A program made the translations under genes and the position numbers. From assembly GCA_045863235.1 (NCBI GenBank), contig BTUM01000145.1, forward strand, positions 1-10,881: DNA of 10,881 nt, written 5' to 3'. Position 1 is the first letter of the stretch; every line of letters begins with the position of its first letter. The notes beneath the pieces were generated by a model, which ran no database searches, had not been told where the DNA came from, and saw nothing but the letters and a program-made list of their open reading frames with translations. This document shows positions 5,822 to 10,881 of the stretch, piece after piece. The stretch is from Candidatus Xenobia bacterium (lineage in GTDB: Bacteria > Vulcanimicrobiota > Xenobia > Xenobiales > QWHO01).

Positions 5822-7942
5822 ATGGTTTCGCTGAAGCAGAAGGGCTGGAAGCTTCTTCTGGCGTGCCTGATCGTCGCGGGAATGCTGGCTCCGGCCTACG
5901 CAGCTCCTGCCACGGTGTCGGAGGTCAAGGTGACCGATGGCACGGGCACGTTGAAGGTCGAGGTCTTGTCGAACGGTGCGATTTCGAACCGTACCAAGAC
6001 CCTGTCCCAGCCTCGCAAGATGATCGTTATCGATCTCTATCCCGCAGTTCTCGGTAAGTCGGCCAAGACTTCCGTGGACGTCAACCGCGGTCTGGTGGAG
6101 AAGGTCCGTCTGGTCCAGTACTCCGACACCACCGTCCGCATGTATGTCGATTGTATCTCGTTGCCGGTCTATAAGGTCGTGTCCGAGGGCGGACGTGGCG
6201 TGACCGTGGCTATCTCGAGCGCCATGATGTCGGAAGCGAAAGATCCCAAAGCTCCGACGACCGTCGCTGAGACGCCCGAAGTCGCCCCTCGTCCCCAGCC
6301 TCGTCCGCAGCCTCGACCCGTGGCAACGAGCCCGCGCCCCCAGCCTCGTCCGGTGGCGCGTCCGGCCTCCGCAATGGAGCCAGTGTCGGCTCCCGTGTCG
6401 GCTCTGCGTCCTCGCCGCCCGGCTCAGCGCGCCTATGTGCCGCGTCCGAAGCTGGTGTCGGTAGACTTCGTCAATGCTGACCTGGTCTACGTCATCAAGG
6501 TCCTGGGCAAGGAAATGAATAAGAACGTCGTGGTTGACCCGACCGTCGAAGGCTCGGTTACCGTGACCCTCAAGAGCGTCCCGGTCGAGGGCGCCCTGGC
6601 CCTGATTTTGAAGATGCAAGAGAATCCCTACGACTACAAGGTGCTCAATGACCAGCGCACCATCGTGGTCGCTTCGCCCGAGAAGCTCGGCGAGATCGCC
6701 GACAACATCATGGGCACTGCCAAGGCTCGCGATGCGGCCGTGGGCTCGGTTCGCCAGGAGTTCATCCTGGAAGCCGCCCCGTCTGCCAAGGTCGTCGAGT
6801 TTTTGCAGGGGCAGTATTTGAACGTCAAGTTCGTGCCCCATCCCACGATGAACGGGTTCTACGCCGTCGGTCCCAAGAAGGACATCTTGTCCATCAAGAC
6901 CGAGCTGCCGAACCTTGACCGCGTGCCTGAGCCTCCGCCGCCCCCGCAGCGTGAGTTCATGTATGTCAAGTACGGCGACATCCAGAACGTCCAGAATCTG
7001 CTCAAGACGCTGGTTCCTGACCTTCAGTACAACGCCGACGAGCGTCTTGGCATGCTGATCGTGGAGGGCACGCCCTCGGCGATCGACCAGGCCAAGCAAC
7101 TGCTGGCCGAGCTCGACCGTCCCAAGGATCAGGTCATGATCGACGTTAAAGTGGTCGACCTGACCGAGGGCGGCACCAAGCGTCTCGGCATCAACTGGTC
7201 CGACACCGGCATCGGTCAGGGCGTCTTCCAGACGACCTTTACCGAGGGTGCCACTTCGGCTGTGAACGTCCCTCTGGCTGCCGCCGGCATCACGCCTGGC
7301 GTCAACCCGACTGGCCCTCCTAACGCCGATACCGGTGTGGTCGAGTTCGCCGCGAATGCCACGGCCAACGGCTTCCAGATTCCCGGGGTGGGTGCGCCCA
7401 ACTTCCTTGGTCTGCCCATCCAGTCGTTTGCCCGTTCGCCGTTCGTGATCGTGTCGACCATCAACATGCTGGTCCAGACCAACGAGGCCAAGATTCTTGC
7501 TTCGCCTCGCGTGGCCACTCAGTCCGGCACTGAGGCTCTGATTCACATCGGTGACAAGTTCCCGATCGTGTATTTCGACCCTCGCGCCGGTCAGTTCCAG
7601 GTGCAGTATGTTGACATCGGCATCAAGCTCGACGTCAAGCCCGAGGTGAAAGCCGACGGCTGGATCGTCACTGAGCTGCGTCCCGAGGTCAGCAACCTGA
7701 TCGAGCTGGTCAACAACCAGTACCCCCGCACCGCGATCCGCACCGTCAATACGACGATGCGCGTCAAGGACGGCGATACCATCGTGATTGGTGGCCTGAT
7801 TCGTGAAGATGAGCGCGTCACCATCGCCAAGTTGCCCTTCCTGGGTGACCTGCCGGTTCTCGGCGTGCTCTTCCGCACCACCAGTGTGGACAAGAGCCGC
7901 AGCGAAGTGGTCATGATGCTCACCCCGCATATCATGCGGTAG
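5822..7942 (+). CDS. pilQ: Type IV pilus secretin PilQ (706 aa): signal peptide, AMIN domain, PRPQ linker, N domains, secretin domain
   Basis: Signal peptide ending AYA; AMIN-like PRKMIVIDL...VEKVRLVQYSDTTVRMYVD; N0 VSVDFVNADL; LDRPKDQVMIDVKVV; AKILASPRV; GDTIVIGGLI; KLPFLGDLPVLGVLFR; EVVMMLTPHI. SD AGGAGGTG at 5803-5810. Confidence 0.96.
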   Translation: MVSLKQKGWKLLLACLIVAGMLAPAYAAPATVSEVKVTDGTGTLKVEVLSNGAISNRTKTLSQPRKMIVIDLYPAVLGKSAKTSVDVNRGLVEKVRLVQYSDTTVRMYVDCISLPVYKVVSEGGRGVTVAISSAMMSEAKDPKAPTTVAETPEVAPRPQPRPQPRPVATSPRPQPRPVARPASAMEPVSAPVSALRPRRPAQRAYVPRPKLVSVDFVNADLVYVIKVLGKEMNKNVVVDPTVEGSVTVTLKSVPVEGALALILKMQENPYDYKVLNDQRTIVVASPEKLGEIADNIMGTAKARDAAVGSVRQEFILEAAPSAKVVEFLQGQYLNVKFVPHPTMNGFYAVGPKKDILSIKTELPNLDRVPEPPPPPQREFMYVKYGDIQNVQNLLKTLVPDLQYNADERLGMLIVEGTPSAIDQAKQLLAELDRPKDQVMIDVKVVDLTEGGTKRLGINWSDTGIGQGVFQTTFTEGATSAVNVPLAAAGITPGVNPTGPPNADTGVVEFAANATANGFQIPGVGAPNFLGLPIQSFARSPFVIVSTINMLVQTNEAKILASPRVATQSGTEALIHIGDKFPIVYFDPRAGQFQVQYVDIGIKLDVKPEVKADGWIVTELRPEVSNLIELVNNQYPRTAIRTVNTTMRVKDGDTIVIGGLIREDERVTIAKLPFLGDLPVLGVLFRTTSVDKSRSEVVMMLTPHIMR
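6287..6364 (+). repeat. Intragenic 12-bp repeat encoding (PRPQ)n in the PilQ linker
   Basis: CCTCGTCCCCAG CCTCGTCCGCAG CCTCGACCC... translates to PRPQPRPQPRPVATSPRPQPRPVARP. Confidence 0.8.
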
Positions 7943-7962
7943 ACTCTCGCCCGCGGGCAGAG

Positions 7963-7995
7963 AAAAGAGGCGGCTGAAAGGCCGCCTCTTTTTTT
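7963..7995 (+). terminator. Rho-independent terminator after pilQ, possibly bidirectional
   Basis: AAAAGAGGCGGCT-GAAA-GGCCGCCTCTTTTTTT. A second small hairpin (7944-7962) lies just upstream. Confidence 0.92.
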
Positions 7996-8076
7996 ATGCC
8001 AGTCTGCTGCGGGCAGGATGAGCGGGAATGTGGACAGAACAGAGAGCGGGCCCCGAATGCTCGGGATGTGGCTGAA

Positions 8077-8116
8077 TCTGTCCGGGCTGGACAGACCCGG
8101 TCGCAGATGTTAGAAT
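8077..8116 (+). promoter_or_regulatory. Putative sigma-70 promoter of the TPR gene with an inverted repeat over the -35
   Basis: TGGACA (8088-8093), 17-bp spacer, TAGAAT (8111-8116), and an extended -10 TG at 8108-8109. Inverted repeat TCTGTCC(8077-8083)-N5-GGACAGA(8089-8095). Confidence 0.65.
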
Positions 8117-8279
8117 AAATCGCTGCCGTGTGCGGGTTGGGACAATTTGAAGTCGCTCTCTCAAGTCCTCATTGTGAGCACCCATCACTCCCTTTGCTTC
8201 CAGTCGGGAGTAGCGTGTGCCGTTTTCAATTCTGTTGAGGCTATGAACGCCCGGATCTCCCGGAAGGAGGCAGTGCGTC

Positions 8280-10881
8280 ATGCCCGCTGAGCTTGACAAC
8301 CTCCTTCGCGAAGCCGATCAGTTCTATGCCGAGCGCCAGTGGGAGCAAGCTCTCGAGCGCTACCAGAAGGCACTTGAGCTCGAGCCCAACAACGGTGAGG
8401 CCTGCCACCGCATGGCCCAGGTCTATGCCGTGCGCGGCATGCTCAACAACGTCATCAACACCTACTTTCAGTTGATCGATATCCTGGAAGCCAGCGGCAA
8501 CCTCGAAGGAGCGGTCCAGGTCGCCGAGTGGATCATGATGCTGCGCCCCGAGTCCGACAAGGCTCGCATGAAGCTGATCCTGATCTACCAGAAGCGGGGC
8601 GATCTGGCCGAGGTGGTGCGCCAGTCGCGTGAGCTCGCCAGGCTCTACATCGAGCTCGGCCAGGGCGATCAGTCCATCGCCCTGCTTCAGAAGGCCCAGC
8701 AGGCCGATCCTGAAAACCTCGATATCGGCCTGGAGCTGGCCGAGATGTACGTCAGCCATGGCCACATCCAGGATGGGGCCAACCAGTATCGCAAGGTGGC
8801 CAACTCGTTCATGGACCGCCAGATGTTGGACAAGGCGGCTGAAGCATTCCGTCGCATGAAGGTCATCGTGCCCGATGACCCGGGCGTGCTCTTCACCCTG
8901 GGGAATCTCTACGTCGAGCTGACCCGTTACAATGAGGCTGAGCAAGAGTTTCGGAGCATCCTTCGGCACAATCTCAACCATGAAGAGGCGCTGTTGGCGC
9001 TGGGCAACGTCTGTCAGCTTAAGGGCCAGTTCCGCGATGCCATTCTCGCGTTCAACAAGATCCTGACGATCAATCCTGAGCAGGTGGCCGCCAAGGAGAA
9101 GCTGGGTGAGCTGTATCAGGCTCAGGGCCTGGTTTCTGAGTCTATCAAGAATTTCCAGGACGCCGCCAAAGGATACCTTGAGATCGATGAGCGCGATCGC
9201 GCCATCCGCATTTATCAGATCATTTTGGGGATGGATCCCAGCAATCCGACTGCCTGTCGCGAGTTGACCAACCTGGGGGCCCCTCTGGTCCCTATTCAAC
9301 TCGAGGATGAGCGGGCCGCGGTGCGGCAGGCAGCCGAGCAGGCGGCCGCAGCTGCCATGGCGGCGAAGGCTCCTGAAGAGTCAGTCGAGGAGGCTGCTGC
9401 CGAAGCCCCTCCTTCCCGCGCTCGGAAAGCGCGCGAGGAGGGCTCTCCCCGGCCCGGCTTGCGACCCGGTTTGACGGCGGCCGGCGGGGCCGCTCCTGCG
9501 ACTGGTGGCCTTCTGGCCAAGGGCAAGGTCAAGAAGGAAGGTGCTGTTCCTGAGAAGCCTCTACTGGGCTCTGCCAGCGGCCCGCGCCCCGGGCTGATGC
9601 GTCCCGGAGTGTCTGCGGGTGCGTCCCAGCCCGGTGGCGACAAGCCGCTTCTGCCGAGGCGCAAGGAAGCTCATGCGGAGGCCGTTGAGGAGCCGGTGGC
9701 CGAGTCGCCCGGTTGGTCTCAGCCGGTCGCCGAGACCACCACCGAATGGCAGCCCGAGGCCCAGGCCGCCGCCTGGACCGATCCCAATTCAGGTACCTGG
9801 TCCGAGCCCGCCCCCGCGGGCTGGGACCAGTCCGGGTCCTGGGAGCAGTCTTCCTCGGGGAACTGGGAGCAGCCGCCTGCTGCCGAGGCCCCTCCGAGCT
9901 GGGAGCAGCCTGGCGTTGGCGAGACGGCCACTGGAGGCTGGGAGCAGCCTGCGGCAGAGACCTGGGAGAGCGCGCCGAGTCCTGCCCCTGCACCCGCCTG
10001 GGAAGCGGCGCCCGCCGAGCCCACCTGGGATGCGGTCCCGGCTCCTCCTGGCGAGGATTGGGGTTCCGCGGCCCCCCCGGTTGCGCCCGCCGAGGCGCAG
10101 CCCACCGGCGATGAGGAGCAGCACAAGCCCTCGATTCGTCGCGGGCTGGTTCGGCCCGAGGGGACGGAAGCATCGACTGGCGGCCTGCAGTCCAAGGGCA
10201 TCCTGGGGGGAAAGGCCAAGTTGGGTGGAGAGAAACCCGGTTTCTCGGCCGAGAGGCCGAGTCTGCTTGGAGGCCGTCCAGGTCTGCGCGGAGGCGCTGC
10301 GAGCGAGAAGCCGACCTTGCCCCGCAAGGACGTCGAAGAGACTCCAGTGGCCGAGACTTTCCCCGGCGAAGTCCGGGCCCCCTTGCAGTCGGTCCAAGGC
10401 GAGTCGCTCGACTCTGGTGGCCTTGCCGCTCCCGCCGGTTGGGAGGCAGGCGGTTTTGCTCCCTCTCCCGAGCCGGTAGGCGAGGGCTTCTCCACCTTTG
10501 GGAGCGGCTTTGAAGCCCAGCCCGTAGCCGAGGGATTCACTCCCGGTGCTTTTGGATTCGAGAGCACCTTCGCCCCCGCGCCCGAAGCCGGCAGTTTCGG
10601 CGCAGCGTCCGCTGATTTCGGGGCTTCGCCGGCGACCGACTTTGGCCAGTCGGCCGAGACCCCGGTTCCTGCGACGGACTTCGGCCAGTCCAGCTTCCCC
10701 CCCCCGGCGACCGACTTCGGGTCCAGCTTCGCCCCTCCGGCGGCTGACTTCGGCCAGTCCAGCTTCCCACCCCCCGCGACCGACTTCGGGTCCAGTTTCC
10801 CCCCCCCGACGCCGGCGGCTGACTTTGGCCAGTCCAGCTTCGCGCCCCCGGCGCCGGCGGCTGACTTCGGCCAGTCCAGCT
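8280..10881 (+). CDS. Large TPR-repeat protein with a long low-complexity disordered tail; 3'-truncated, at least 867 aa
   Basis: SD AAGGAGG at 8264-8270 and ATG at 8280. Hand translation shows no stop to the window end and begins MPAELDNLLREADQFYAERQWEQALERYQKALELEPNNGEACHRMAQVY. TPR signatures (LFTLGNLYVELTRYNEAEQEF, LLALGNVCQLKGQFRDAILAFNKILTINP) run to about 9280, then P/A/G/E/S-rich sequence follows. No signal peptide or TM helix is seen. Confidence 0.93.
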   Translation, partial: MPAELDNLLREADQFYAERQWEQALERYQKALELEPNNGEACHRMAQVYAVRGMLNNVINTYFQLIDILEASGNLEGAVQVAEWIMMLRPESDKARMKLILIYQKRGDLAEVVRQSRELARLYIELGQGDQSIALLQKAQQADPENLDIGLELAEMYVSHGHIQDGANQYRKVANSFMDRQMLDKAAEAFRRMKVIVPDDPGVLFTLGNLYVELTRYNEAEQEFRSILRHNLNHEEALLALGNVCQLKGQFRDAILAFNKILTINPEQVAAKEKLGELYQAQGLVSESIKNFQDAAKGYLEIDERDRAIRIYQIILGMDPSNPTACRELTNLGAPLVPIQLEDERAAVRQAAEQAAAAAMAAKAPEESVEEAAAEAPPSRARKAREEGSPRPGLRPGLTAAGGAAPATGGLLAKGKVKKEGAVPEKPLLGSASGPRPGLMRPGVSAGASQPGGDKPLLPRRKEAHAEAVEEPVAESPGWSQPVAETTTEWQPEAQAAAWTDPNSGTWSEPAPAGWDQSGSWEQSSSGNWEQPPAAEAPPSWEQPGVGETATGGWEQPAAETWESAPSPAPAPAWEAAPAEPTWDAVPAPPGEDWGSAAPPVAPAEAQPTGDEEQHKPSIRRGLVRPEGTEASTGGLQSKGILGGKAKLGGEKPGFSAERPSLLGGRPGLRGGAASEKPTLPRKDVEETPVAETFPGEVRAPLQSVQGESLDSGGLAAPAGWEAGGFAPSPEPVGEGFSTFGSGFEAQPVAEGFTPGAFGFESTFAPAPEAGSFGAASADFGASPATDFGQSAETPVPATDFGQSSFPPPATDFGSSFAPPAADFGQSSFPPPATDFGSSFPPPTPAADFGQSSFAPPAPAADFGQSS
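9714..10061 (+). repeat. Degenerate Trp-centred peptide repeats (W[ED]QP-like) in the TPR protein
   Basis: 13 Trp in 116 codons. CTGGGAGCAG occurs at 9839, 9863, 9899 and 9938. Confidence 0.85.
10632..10881 (+). repeat. Coding tandem repeat encoding A[TA]DFG(Q)SSF[PA]PP; runs to the window end
   Basis: GACTT(C/T)GG units at 10638, 10677, 10713, 10746, 10782, 10821 and 10863. Periods are 33-42 bp and all multiples of 3. Confidence 0.92.

Noticed and set aside
5813..7930. 705-aa minus-strand ORF
   Set aside because: It is an antisense shadow of pilQ, expected from GC-rich codon bias, and has no recognisable motifs.
581..7942. Type II secretion system interpretation
   Set aside because: A FtsA-like PilM, PilN/O/P and an AMIN-containing secretin indicate a type IVa pilus.
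8241..10770. Listed ORFs on the minus strand and in alternative + frames (e.g. 8241..9299, 9619..10479, 9719..10567)
   Set aside because: All overlap the real TPR ORF starting at 8280, which has an SD and clear TPR signatures. They are shadow or low-complexity off-frame translations.
10632..10881. CRISPR-like periodicity
   Set aside because: Units are in-frame coding repeats with no unique spacers, and no cas genes are present.

Overview
GC-rich bacterial window; all real genes are on the + strand. It holds the 3' part of a SigB/SigF/SigG-type sigma-70 factor (<1..456), then a type IVa pilus cluster: major-type pilin (581..1015) with its own promoter and terminator, prepilin peptidase pilD, and pilM-N-O-P-Q, closed by an intrinsic terminator. 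No PilB/PilT/PilC motor genes are in the window. The last gene (8280..>10881, at least 867 aa) is absent from the supplied ORF track because its stop lies outside the window. It encodes an N-terminal TPR array and a long disordered tail of alternating basic blocks and acidic aromatic-repeat blocks (Trp repeats, then DFG/FG repeats). The two best leads are this TPR-plus-disordered protein and a highly structured 200-nt pilP-pilQ intergenic region that can form mutually exclusive anti-Shine-Dalgarno (SD) and pseudoknot pairings, like a translational riboswitch. The pilin style and the secretin suggest a diderm Terrabacteria lineage such as Candidatus Eremiobacterota (inference only). All counts and base pairings were done by hand.
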